The notes beneath the pieces are model-generated. The model saw only the letters and a program-made list of their open reading frames with translations. It was not told where the DNA came from and did no database searches. A DNA stretch of 64,000 nucleotides from positions 111,104,001 through 111,168,000 of the forward strand of contig NC_058373.1 in assembly GCF_018350175.1 (NCBI RefSeq), written 5' to 3'. Positions 23,361-36,700 of this stretch are shown here, one piece after another. The position numbers and the translations under genes were made by a program. Source of the DNA: Felis catus (lineage: Eukaryota). Within the stretch, counting starts at the first letter, position 1; the number at the start of each line of letters is the position of its first letter.

Positions 23361-26300
23361 TCTCTGTGGCTGTTTCTTATCTGACTAGAAATTCTCTCAG
23401 ACCCCAATCAGCCTTCCAAATTCTATGCACCCCATCAGGATCCAGTTGCTGTGCATATTCACATCCCAGTCTCTCTTTAAATCTGACTATTTTTTCCACT
23501 AACAGTTCCCAGAAAGCAACACTAGCCCTTATTTAACTACTCATTTGCAGCTGGAACAAGGGGAAAGAAGCAAGATTGAAAATGTTTGGTGAGGACTCTT
23601 AATGAAATACCACACTGAGTAGCAGCCTGTGTGCGACCAGTTTCTTCTTCACATATTTACACATGAAACCATGAAGTGAAAGTGAGCAGGAAGCAGAGCA
23701 CAACAAACCAAAAAGGGAAAAAGATCCTGTGAGTGGTGCAAGTTTCCATTCCAGGGCAGTTTTCACACGAAGATAAAATTCACAGATGCTCAGAACACAG
23801 AGGTCCCCAAAGAAGGTGGGATTGGTATACACCCGGCTCAAGGCCTCCAGAGGGCTAAGCACAGCCCTTCCATTATCCCCTGAAGGCAGAAGCGTCCCAG
23901 GCCACCTCTTAGCCAAGTCCAAAAGAATAGTTCAATTAATTTATTAATTGTGCCCTTCCCAGAGTACTCACCAAGTAAAATCCAACGAGAGAAAACTTAA
24001 AGCACAGAATACAGAATTCCCCCAAATTTACATGCATATCTAGTCCAGGGTCGGGGGGGGGGGGGTTGGCGCTGGAGGGACTGCAAAAGGTTGAGATGAG
24101 AAAATGCTAGACATCTAAAATCCCCTCTTCCTGACTTGCCAAACCATATGATCACATGCCTGGCCACAAGATTAAGGTGTGGGCAGGCCCTTCGCGCCTT
24201 TAGGAGTTTCTACTATGTGAACAATAAAAAGAAACAGACAAGAACCTTGGGCTTTATGGTAGGACTGTGTGCGGCCCCAGGCTTTAGAGCATGGACTATG
24301 GAATGGCCCAGGGCTTTCGGTTTCTGTTTTTTGAAATGCAGGGTTAGCTAAGTCAGCAATCTGTGAGTGAGTGACTGAGCAGACCGAACTTGGTAAGTCA
24401 TTGTGTCCACAGATGGACTGTTGCCTTTGGATACCTGTTAGGAACTGGGATAATTTTCTCCCTGCTAGGTTTTACAGTTAGGAGGCACAAATTCTGATTC
24501 CGCCTTTCTGAGCAGAAACCGATCTCTTTAACGGTCTGGACACAGCCCTGAAACAGCACACACTGTGGCTGGGGGGACCAAAGAGGTACTGGGCCTCTTA
24601 TGTGACCGTGCGAGTCAATGTAAAGTGGCTCCTCGGGTTCCCCCTTCACCTGTGGGAGCCATGCAAAAATTCACTGGACAGCCCCGCCCGCCAGGTCCTG
24701 TCCCAAAGCCCCAGCTGCATTACAGCAGTACAAATGATGACGATGATAAGAATGGCAGCAGCTAACACTTACTGAGCACTTATTTAATGCCAGGTGTCTT
24801 CATACAACCTTCTGATGTATTACGTCCCCTATTTTATAAATGAGGAAACAGAGGCACAGCGCTCTAACTTGCCTAGTAGCAGGTAGTAGAGTCAGGATTT
24901 GAACCAAGGCCTCCAGGACACCTCTATTTTGGGAGCACAGAGGAAACTGTGGAACTAATAAAAAAGATGGACAGAAATGCATTGACAGCATGGTCCGAGA
25001 GAAGAGTCTGAGCAGGAGGGAAAGGACTACGGAAGAGTCATGTGATTTGTCCACACTGATGTCGATAAAGACCCAGGGAGGATGGTTTCCTTGGAGGAGT
25101 CAGAGTTTAGGTAAATCACCCCCGCACAGTTAATGAGTGCAGGGATAGAGCTGAAGCTGAAGACTAGTTTTTTAAAATTAGGTTGACAAAGTAAGAAATG
25201 AAAAAAAAGTAGCTTGTAATTACAGCAGCATTGAAGGAAGATTGTTTTTCTTTTTCTTTTAAAGACAAGCAAAAACCAAACAGGCTTCTAGCAGAGAAGA
25301 GACAAATAGAAAAAGCCTAAGGATGCAAGATAGCTTGCCTCTATCTAGGACTGAACCTGACCCCGGAGGAGGGGAAACACCAGCCTCAACAGTGCGGTTA
25401 GCCTCGTTACCTAACAAGGATAAAACCAATATGGACAAAGAAGACCCACTGTGGTGTGGCCAAGGGGCCCAGCAGGTTCCTGCCCCTTTTCCAGCTTGTG
25501 CCACAGCAATAAGGAGACAGAAGAAAGGGTCAACTCAGCCTCGAGAGGCACCCACTTGACTAGAACTCCATTTGGGAACACAGTGCACCCACCTCATGTG
25601 TTGCAAGAAGTGACTACATTATTTTACAAAAGGATCCAAACCCAAGAGTTTCATTCTAATTAGAACCTTCTTAAGGCCTCAAATGTTTCTTGAAGTAGTT
25701 AACACTGACATTCGGATAAAATCCAAGGTTACTAAATCAAAACTTTTTACATAAGGCACAGTTCCACATGTTTCTGGAGATGTAAGGCTTATTACAGTAA
25801 TCTGGATTTGTGTAAAAAGCCACGTTATTTTAGAAAGCAGGCGGAGAGAGGTAAGGAAGAGAAGAGTAGTGCTAGAATGTTCACATTAGGAACACCATTG
25901 CTATTCCCTGGGGTTCTAACCCTGACTCGAGAAGTAATCACCTTAGTCGTATTCATCACCTTTCCTCCTCCCTCCTCACTGTCAAAATCAGATGTTACCA
26001 CTGCCTTGTTCCCTCAAGAACCAAAATGCCACATCCTGGGGAATGAAAAAAGAACTACTCACTAACTGACATTTGTTTTGCACTACATATTTTAGGAGAC
26101 ATAAAACCTTTATTTTCTGATACCTTGCACAACCTTTTACACATATTAAGGTAAAGAGAAAGCTAAGGCAAAGCCTACATACATTTCCATTTGGAATAGT
26201 CATCTTCTGAAAATAAAAATTAAAGAATCTGCACAATAAATCTGGGCCTGCATTAAAGTGGTTCATTCCAAAATGGAACCCCCATCAATGCCAACAAGGG

Positions 26301-26713
26301 AGGCTGTGGGATCAGAGCAACCCTCAAAGCTTCCTGCTACCAAGCCCTCCCCAGCCTAGACTATTTTGTGGCTTACTATGGGAAGGCATCATACCCTTTA
26401 CGGGGCTTAGTTAAAGCCAGGAGTCAGACATTTGTTTAAGAGTCAACACAAATCATGTTTCAAACATGCTGTGAGATGAGGGTGTGACACTTATTCATCA
26501 AGGTTTCACCATGAAGGACAGGAGCACACATTCCCCAAAGAGGAAATACAACTAGTAAATAAACATGTGGAAAAGGATTTAATCTTCCAGGTAACAAACA
26601 AAATACAAAATTAATTACTAACTCTGCCTACTAAATTAATTCCCCCTCTTCAAAAAAATTCCAGTGATGGTAATACTGGTACTTTCAAAACACTGTCAAA
26701 AGACTAGTCTTTT

Positions 26714-26958
26714 GTTTTTGTTTTTGTGTTTTTTTAAATAAGGTGTCTATTTATTCTTAATGTTTATTTATTTTTGAGAGAGGCACAGAGTGTGAGTGGG
26801 GGAAGAGCAGAGAGAGAGAGGGAGACACAGAATCTGAAACAGGCTCCAGGCTCCGAGCTGTCAGCACAGAGCCCCACGCGGGGCTCGAACTCACGAACCG
26901 TGAGATCATGACCTGAGCCGAAGTCGGACACTTACCGACTGAGCCACCCAGGCTCCCC
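26714..26958 (-). mobile_element. Can-SINE
   Basis: TSD aaaagactagtctttt. Confidence 0.95.
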
Positions 26959-27499
26959 TAAAAGACTAGTCTTTTGAATTTGCTTTAAAGAATAAGAAAG
27001 GAAAGAATGAAGACATGAAAACAATCCTCTCTAGAGGAATTCTGGCAACAAATGGCAAAACCCAGATGTTCTTACTCCTAGACCTAGCAATCCAACTTCT
27101 TGGAATCAACTCTATGGAAACAGTCACCTGCAACAAAATGGTCATCACTACATTATTTATAAAATCAAAAAATGAAAAGCAACCTAAATGGCCAACAGAA
27201 ACATGCCTAATGACTAAATATATGAATACATCATCAGCTGGGCAAAAGGCATGGTACGTGAAAACAGCAAGCTGTAACATTTCTCCCATGTGAGGCGTGC
27301 AGAGGAAGAAACCAGAAGGGAATACACAGATTGGTGACACCATCATCTCCTTGCTTCTTAGATGCCATCAATTATTCCATGGATTTCATAATAGCAGCTT
27401 GTTGGGGGAGAACTAAAAAAGGCAAGTTTCTTTTGACGTTCACTTTAAGATGGCACCCAATGTCAGTCATATTAAAGTGGGGTGTCCAGTGGGGAGACA

Positions 27500-27945
27500 G
27501 GTCTTTAAAGTGCATGGTCGTCCAAATAGCTAATAAGCACTTGAAATGTGACTAGACTAAATTAAGCTGTGCTGTAAGCATAAAATATACTGGATTTTGT
27601 TGAAGTCATATTTATTTTTGCATACTAGGTTAAATAAAATATATTATTAGAATTAACTTCATCTGTTATTTTACTTTTTTACTGTGTCAACTAGAAAATT
27701 TAATTGTAGGGGTGCCTGGATAGCTTAGTCAATTAAGCGTCTGACTTCAGCTCAGGTCATGATGTCACGGTTCGTGAGTTTGAGCCCCACATCAGGCTCT
27801 CGCTGAGGGTGCAGAGCCTGCTTCAGATCCTCTGTTCCCCTCGCTCTCTGCCCCTCCCTGTTCACTCTCTCAAAAAACAAACATTAAAAAAAAATTTTTT
27901 TAATTGTATCTGTGGCTCACATTAAACATCTGTTGGGCAACACTT
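27500..27945. mobile_element. MER3/MER33-like hAT-Charlie element interrupted by a Can-SINE (+, 27708-27895)
   Basis: aagcacttgaaatgtgactag... gtggctcacattaaacatctgttgggcaacact flanking a SINE. Confidence 0.7.
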
Positions 27946-30900
27946 GTCTTCAAATCTTAGAACAAAAGAAAGCTATAGGTTGGAGGAAGGGGAGGTTTTC
28001 TTCTTCCCATTTTTCCTAAACTTTTGTAATTTTGCTGCAAGGAAAGAAATGCTGAAGGGAAGCCCTGGAAACCAACTGGGTATCCTTCAAATCTCGAGAT
28101 GGAAAAGCATTAGGTACGGTTTCCTGGCTCTCTAGTCCTCTCCATAGGAGTGAACCTTCCCCTGCTCTGCACTGCAGAGACTTCCAGAAGAGTGGACAAG
28201 GCTTCTGCCCTCGAGAAGCACACCCTTTAGCTAGGTGATAAGATGGTCACAGAGAAAAGGGAGACACAGGCAAGGCCCCATGAAGCCCATGACCACTGGG
28301 GCTGATGGGGGAGCAATACTGTGGGGTTCTCTGGGTGGTGAACTGCTTGATATGAGCCGTGAAGGCAGGCAGGCAGACAGGCCCCGGCAAAGAGAACATG
28401 GAGGCACTCCAGCAGCCAAGAGTGCACAGGCTGGGGGGCCCTTGTGAGTGGGTCTCTTCACTGTGAAACCCTGATGTCATCCGGGCGGTAAGGCTGGAGT
28501 TGGGCCTTGAGAGAAGGAAGGAACTCCAACAGATGACATTTCTGGGGGAGAAGAGGAGGGTGTACACTGCTCCACAGTCAGGGAAAGGGGAGAAAAAGCA
28601 GGAGGGCAAGGTGGGCACCTTCTTTAGAGAACATAAAATACCAATCCTTACCTTGAGGGGCACTGAAAAGCCCTGGAAAGGTTTTCAGTAGCACAGAAAC
28701 AGTTTACAAGGAATTCAATAAATCAGTACACTTACATTTGCTGAACCCAGGGATTAATGGAGACTCGGGCAACCACGGACAATAAATTTAAGGTAGAAAA
28801 TTAAATTTTTGAAAAACCTAGTTGTGAAGCAAATTACTGCACAGGTTGGAGTCTGGTCAGGTAATAATGAGTAAGGTGGTGAAAAGGGCAGGGATGTGCC
28901 TTACTTTCATCTACAACATAATCCCTTCAACAGCCCCATATGATGTAGAAACAGTGTTGCCAAATGAACTGCACGCCTTAAGAGGCGCCCACCAGAATGA
29001 GCCTCTCCCAGTATAACGTGGCCGGAGTGGATGGACAGGGGGCCTCTTTCCTTTAGTTAACAAATACTCTGCACAGTTCCTGTGCCAGGAACTGAGGGAA
29101 GCAATACGACCAGAAGCTGTTTTCCCTGCCTTCGTGGTACTTCTTATGGTGTAGTGTGGAGGACGGGCAGACATTCACCGGGTAGCTACACAATTAGAAC
29201 TGGGATAAGTGCCCTGGTCACAGTGCTGAGTGACTTTAACAGGACACTGACCTTCAGCTATAAGAACTGTCAGGTTCCCGGTTACAAATGAGTTATTTGA
29301 CAGACGCCTTAACATGTTAAGGAAGCAGGCTTCCATGGAAATGAAACAGACTAGCTCAGTATTTTAACCTCTCCTTCGATGCTCAGCATGTTACCTTATT
29401 ATTGCTAGGTATTACATATAATCCTCTCTCCCAACAAGGGAGCAAGACCTTCAAAAGAAGACACTATTATACCTTTTAAACCTTTACAGCACTCACATAG
29501 GTCTTGGGTCTTAACTAAACAGGTGAGCACAACCATGTTGGCTGATGTTCTTTTGCTCAAGGACTGAGCAAGCCCACGGTTTCCTCTGGCACTCTCACTC
29601 CACAGCTACGTACTGGGAATTACCACGTGCCAGAGTCTATGGCAGGAGCTGACTGGGGCGGTGCCCTCATGTTCTCATCCAAAAGGAAAGAATTCTGAAC
29701 TTAATGCTCACTAAAAGAAACCCTGATATTATTTTCATCTTAGGTTATGTTCTCTCTTTTTAACACAGCTCTATCCAGAAAGGAGAAATCCATAGCACAA
29801 CTGCCTGAAACCAATAAACATTAAGATAAACACATTTAGGAAGAGACTTAAAAAATGAGAAATTTCTATAAACCACCATACAGCTACAAATGGCAATGTT
29901 GCAATAGAACCTTTTATCACTAAAGTCAACCACGCTAAGGAGACAGTGTGATTGGATGCTGGGGCTAACTTAGGGGGTGGAGGGAAGAATTATATCCCCA
30001 TGTGAAGGCAAACTAATGGGCTGGCCACCAGGTCTTGAATCCACATCAACAGGATGAGTTCAGTGCCAGCAAGCCATCGGGTAACCCTCCCTAGCACCCA
30101 ACCTACTGCCCTTAAAACAAAGAATAATTCTGTTCCAGAAAAGTAATGTCTTCCCAGAGAACAGTCGTTACTCCCTTACTCTGGTTGACTGGCTGATGGT
30201 TCTAATTCCATCTCATCTTTCCCTGTGGGATGTCCAGTGGAAGAACTACATGGGAAACAAGAAACTTACACAACAGAGTTCAAGAGTCTACTTGCTAACG
30301 CTGCGACCTATGGCAAAACCCAAATGGACCACCGACTACAATGGTCTATTTCTCAGAGAAGCTATGTGGACTCAGAAAAACGTACAGAGTTAAATGATCC
30401 TCAACTGTCTGCACTTCAGTGGCACCTACATATACCACCTCAGAGGAGAGTATTCTAGCAATAGCCCCTGAATGACATACTGCCAAGAATACCGGCTCTA
30501 CCTTAAGGGAGCTCCCAACGTAAAGACAAGATATGGTAGAAAGACTGACCTTGGCAATTGGCAATCCCGCATTCTAGTCCCTGTTCAGCTACAGACAGGG
30601 ACCATGATCTCAAGTTGCTTCCTCATCTCTGACACAGTAATGATGGCAGGAACAGCAGTAATAGCAAACGTCCAATTCTATTAGCATAATACCTCAGAGA
30701 ACTGTTGTGCTTACTTTTACATTGCATCACAGATGTTGATTACTGATTTTTTTTTCTTACACAGAAGGTGATCATTTTTTATAATGTTTATGATAACAGT
30801 ATAAATAAAGGAAGCTGAGGATAGAGTTTGGGTCTCACATTTAAAGCTATTTTTTTAATACAAGTATCCTCCATTCTTGGTTAGGATCCAATTCACTCAG

Positions 30901-31359
30901 TACTGGTTTCGCATTAAAAATCAAAAGGCTTAGGACACGTGACAGATGATTCAAATATTAAGTGAGAAGTCACATGGAAGTTAAAAATGCTCAAATCAAA
31001 GGAGCCTGGAGGCTTTCCTGCAAGAATCCACTTGAAGCTCACCCAAACTCACGATTATTTACACAATGTCACAACCTTAATTACTGCAATCCAAATCAAG
31101 AATTAGCCAATTTCCTTTAGGTTCAAATACCGTATTTTTAAAAAATTACAACATTTAATGAGCACAGGGAAGACTGAGAGACAAAGCACTCTTCCTGCTA
31201 GACTCCCTACAGCATCTATGAAACAATGCTGGCAGATAAGGAAAACAATGTAGACGGTGGAATTCAGATGCGAAGGGGCTCAGGGTTACTTTACTCATGC
31301 TCCGTGTGAAATATCTGGATTAGAACACAGAACAGGACTCTGAAATTAAAAAGGCACCG

Positions 31360-31900
31360 GGTAAATTCCCACAGTAGGGCTTTATTAATGGGCTCCAATA
31401 ACCTGGCCTCTTGACTGCTCTTCTCCCCTATTCCTGCTACTTCTCTGACCTCATTTCCTGTCACCATCCCTGCAGTTCCAGCCTGGCCACTCTGGCCTCG
31501 GCTCTGGACAGGCCCGGCAGTGCTCCCAGGTTCCTGCCTTATGGCTACTACACTTGCCTTCCCTTGGCCTGGACTGCTCATCACCAGATAGGTACATGGT
31601 TCTTTCTTTCACACTTCCTTCAAACCTTTCTTCAAATGTTGCCCTGCCAGTGAGTTTTGTCTGGCTTATTGAAAACTGCAAAACTTCCTTCCCTGTTTAA
31701 TTTTCTCCACAGCACTTAACTGAAAGGCTATATATATTTTACGTTATTAGCTCATTTTCTATCTTTTCCTCACCAGAATAAGCGCCTCTGCTTGTGTGTT
31801 TTGTTCATGGCTGTCTCCCTAGCATCTAGAACAGTTCCTGCCATGTAGAAAAACCTCAAATAAGCATTCGATGAACAGACTGAGTGAATAAATGAACTGG
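31360..31900. mobile_element. L2 fragment
   Basis: L2 3'-end motifs (ctgtctccctagcatctagaacagttcctg..., tgagtgaataaatgaa). Confidence 0.7.
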
Positions 31901-33575
31901 CCACAATGAATGACTATTCAGTTTAAGAGGCTACCAAATTCAAATCATCAACTTCATTGAAGAACGGAGACAAGAGGATTTAGGATACTGTGATTTTAAG
32001 GACTTAAGGAAGATTATTATGGTAATGTAAAATAGGCTGGGTAAGGAAAATGGTACAGCTGAGCTCCTATGACCAACCTCTCCCAAAGTGTCCTCAAACC
32101 TAAGAATGTCTAAGAATCAGTAGTAAATCTGACATGAGTGATCCAAAGGCCACTTCTTGGGAAACATTGCCTAGGTGCCACTCCTGGTTAGATGCGAGAG
32201 ACCTAAGAGAAGGGAGCTCATTCCATTTAATTCACCAAAGTCGTTTTAATCGATACCATGGCATATGAGTAAGCACTGACTGTCAACAGCTCAAACAAAC
32301 ACAAGAGATAATCCTTTGCATGTGTGTACTTTGACGAAAAGAATGAGTCTGTCTCCCCATCATAAAGATTTCCTGTGCTGCTTAGACGGTGTTGTGTCTA
32401 GGAATGCTGTTATCCTAGGTAAGCACCTTAGTTCAAGGACACTTAAAGCAAGTCCACGTTAAGTAGGCCTAACCCATGACAAATTCTGGTTTTGCAATAC
32501 TAGGTATTCACTGGCCTGTTTTGTTTTTTCATAAAGGTCAGACTTACTCCATGCTTCAGCCACATACAAGGCCACACCTCAGATAAGGTATAAAGCACAT
32601 GATTTACCAGAGTGACAGTATAAACAAAGTGAAACTATAATGGTTCCAAATTTGGCTCTGGATAACCAAACTCAGGACCCCCACCCACAGAACTGAATCA
32701 GGAGAGCTACGGAAAGTATACCTGAGAGCAATGATTTTTCTTAAAACAGCTGTTTTTTTAAACGCTGTATCACTAAACAGAAATACACAGGCCCTCTTTC
32801 CAGTCCGCCATTTCTACCACTGAACTGCTGCAGAGAGCAGCTGGCTACGTTCTGTGTTCAGGATATAACTAACTGTGCAAACAGATGTTTTTTCCAAATT
32901 CCAAGAAGTGACCCCAACCCATACGCTTTTTACTCAAAGCTTCCAACTTTGTTTTTCAAATGTAGAAACAGCTGGTGCCTACCTCTCCAGGGAAAACATT
33001 AGTTTCTGGAAGGCCATCAGTGGGGCGGAGGGAAGCAGGAGAAGATCAGTTACTATTTTCCCTCCGTTTCGTATGAACATGTCTCTTTCCTTAAGTCTTT
33101 TGTCCCATGGCTTAACATGCTCTTTATACGCCTTGAAATCACAGCTGTTGGAACTGGGAGATCACTAGTGTCCAGGTTGGTTCACATACATTCCTGAGAG
33201 GTCTCATTTAAAAGAAGTACTAACTTTGAACTATACAAAAGAAATTCTCGTGGAGGTCTAGGGAATCACTAACCTCAGAAATCCTTAGTGTTATCCCAAA
33301 CTTCTATGGGCTGCTCCCTATACTATAGTTATAATAAATTCTTAAAGGAGTATTTTTTTTTTTTTTTTTACAAGTAATACTGATTTTAAAAGAGAACTCC
33401 TACTAATGTCTTACAAGCAGCTCCATTTTATCTGTTGTTATTTGCTAAGGACAGAGTAGGTGTGTAATGATACCCCAAAAATCAAAAAGTAAGGAAACCA
33501 TGTAATTTCTTTCCAGATAGGTGAGTGGCCTGGTAAGCCCCACAGCAAGTTCCAGGTTAGTTGTGGCCATCAGTT

Positions 33576-33723
33576 NNNNNNNNNNNNNNNNNNNNNNNNN
33601 NNNNNNNNNNNNNNNNNNNNNNNNNNNNNNNNNNNNNNNNNNNNNNNNNNNNNNNNNNNNNNNNNNNNNNNNNNNNNNNNNNNNNNNNNNNNNNNNNNNN
33701 NNNNNNNNNNNNNNNNNNNNNNN
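33576..33723 (-). CDS. MAX: N block inferred to contain MAX exon 3 (108 nt; basic region / helix 1)
   Basis: Bases not visible. Inferred from ~7.7 kb distance to the exon 2 block, block size (148 nt) and a branch-point-like GCTAA just 5' of it on the - strand. The neighbouring block 33815-33970 is the alternative location. Confidence 0.6.
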
Positions 33724-36700
33724 TTAGCAATGTCGTTCCTTTTGCTTGGTATAGGTGGGTGGGGAATAGCCTGGAAGTATATGCTGTCAGCGCTGTCCCT
33801 GGCGATTGGGCTGGNNNNNNNNNNNNNNNNNNNNNNNNNNNNNNNNNNNNNNNNNNNNNNNNNNNNNNNNNNNNNNNNNNNNNNNNNNNNNNNNNNNNNN
33901 NNNNNNNNNNNNNNNNNNNNNNNNNNNNNNNNNNNNNNNNNNNNNNNNNNNNNNNNNNNNNNNNNNNNNNGTGCAACTCTCCTGCAACATCAGTCTTCCC
34001 CCACAACTTACTTATGTGACAGAACAGCCGCCAGTCCATGGTTAGGAAGTGACCAGGGAAAAGCTCCAGAGGGGCCCCTTCATAAAATGTGATCACCCCC
34101 ACTGTAAGAGATTCCTCATGGTGGGTGCCCAGGAAAGGAGTAAAGTCACTGGTGCAGTGCTTTTCATGTGAAACCCATCACCATGAGTCTGCTCTGGGCT
34201 CCAGCTTGCTAAAAGGGACTAGTTTAAGACCTGCTCACCAAATCATACAGTCGAAACTAAAACCTCTAGAAAAGCCAGATGCGTGAATCTGAGATTATGA
34301 CAGAGATGATAAAGACACCAAGTACATTCTGTGTTCCTGTTTTTTAAAGTGGATCCACAGTGCCATCCTGCCAAGGGCTTCCCCTCACACAGGCTATGCC
34401 AGAAAGTTTGTTCTTAGACAGCAAATCATCTGACACTCACAGGCTCTGAATAAATTTCCTCAGGCACCTGTGGCAGGTCAAGCTTATTTGGCAGTATCTA
34501 AATACCCACAGACTGGACCGAAGTCTTTATCCTGTCCTGCTTAGAATCACAAAGAACTATCAGCTGGAGAGCGACAAAGACTGGTGACAAATCACAAGCG
34601 GCAAAATACGCTGGCTTCAGGCAAAAGAGAGTGCTGGAGAGCACTGCAAGAGAGCTTCAGCAGGTCCCTAATAAAAGAGCATTTCCTCCAAATGGAACAC
34701 AGACACTTAACTAGGTCTAAAGCAAGAACCTTGATCACTTCCACACTTTGGGAATTATGGAGAATAATACACTCTGAGAATTTACCCTGAATACACAAGG
34801 TTGCGCTGAGCTACTCAAAGAGCAAGTCTGTATATGGAAATTTCGGGTAGCTTTAACCTACCCAGACAGAGCACCGGGCACTTTAGATATGAAGCGACAA
34901 GAGTAAATAACTTGGCTTAGACAAGAATGCCTCAAATGAATCCTTGTACTAGACAAGATGCACAGGCAAAAATCTATAAAGACAAGTCATGGGAATGAAA
35001 GGACTTAGAATTCTACTGTATAAGCCTAAGTCTGAGTCATTACAGAGGAAGAGGAGGCTGGGAGGAGCTGTGGTAACCAAAGTCCCTTCCTGGTGTCTCA
35101 AGCACAACACCTCACCTGTAGCTCTGCTGAATCGGACACCTGGTTCCCATCATGGCCATGGTTCTTTCTACATGGCATGGCAACTCATCTTCAGGGCAGA
35201 TGCCTGGGCACTTCTAACACCCTCCTAACCTTGTTAAAGTCTGAATTCGTGGTAAAGTGAGTGCCTGCTGAACTCCAATGACATATGAAATCTAGGGGGA
35301 CACTGAGGGAATGATCAAGCTTGGACACCAGATAACTTAAGGCTAGAGGTAGGTGTGCTGCACCACACAGCATTAGAACAAGAATGCCGATGCCTTCTAA
35401 CAGCAGTATGAAATAACTTGGAAGTATTGAACATATTTAAGTACCCAGTCCTTTCCTAACTTACTGTCCCCTCTAGTCACCTACACAGGTAAGGTGGGCT
35501 GGGTTCTAACCTTGACTCTACCTAAAGCACTGAGAAGGTGGAGAGGACATCTGCCTCTCTAGCATTTGTTACCTACTCCCTAAGATGGTTTATTTACATG
35601 CAAATTAACTGCACAGCTTTGGTCTCCAGCAGCAGCCCAAGATACTCCTGTCTACTAAATCACCCTGATTCCTGGCCCTCCTCCCGGCTTAAGAGCTGTG
35701 CACAGAAGCAGTGACAGCAGAGTTACCCACAATTCCTCTCGTTGATACAAATAAAATCCTAATTGTCTGTTTTCTTTCTGGGAGAGTCCTACATATCTCA
35801 AAAGGTTAGAATCAAGTTGAACTTGGTTTCACTCAGGCCTGCACTAGACAGGTGGAGCCAGGTATAATCTAACACCAAAATCATCCCCACAATGCACTAC
35901 CCCTTCCCATTCACTGAGCCTTGAAAGGACTCAAATGGACAAGTCTTTTGGTTAGAGGATTGTTAAGTGAACTTGGCTGTGGACCATCAGCAGAAATCTT
36001 GGCTTCTTATCTGGGGAGCCAGCCAAGTTTGAGAAGTTGGCTCAACAAGGAAAGGCAGCAGTCCACTGCCTGGTAGAAAGCCTAGGCTGGGGACTGTTGT
36101 TCTCGAAGTAGTGGATGGAATTTCTGTGGTGGTTCCAGGCCCAATTTAACTAGCAGAAGGGTAGAATCTTAGACCAGTCCCTGTTGCCATGTCCATCCCA
36201 AGCAGTTACTCTTAACCAGAGTCAATTTCAAAGCTCTCAGAGACAATGGCAATGAAGTATTGTCTCCTCCTTAGGCCTCATCTGAAAGAGCAAATTAAAA
36301 ATATGCAGAACTAACATGCCTAACTCCAGGCAACTCTAGACTAAATGATACCTCTAGTGGCTTGAAAGACCATATGAAAAACCTTTACACAATGCTGAGA
36401 ATTCTGTTCAGGAAACATTTCCAAACCACAGAGATCCATCCAGCCCGATAATGTTCCCCTGCACCCCCCCCCCCGCCCCAAATCATCCAAATGGAGGGCC
36501 AGTTGCCAGGCTTATCACTGCTTTGTTAACAGTCTTCACTTGCTGGAAACCTTTTTCGAAAGAGCCAAGATTTCAGAGTTGAGAATGAAAAACAGGGTAA
36601 AGACTTCCAGTGTAAAGCATCTGAGATCCTCCCACAAACTCAAAACTAGTTTAAAACAAGGGGGTGGGAGTGGGGTGCGGGAAGGGCCAAACAACTGTGT

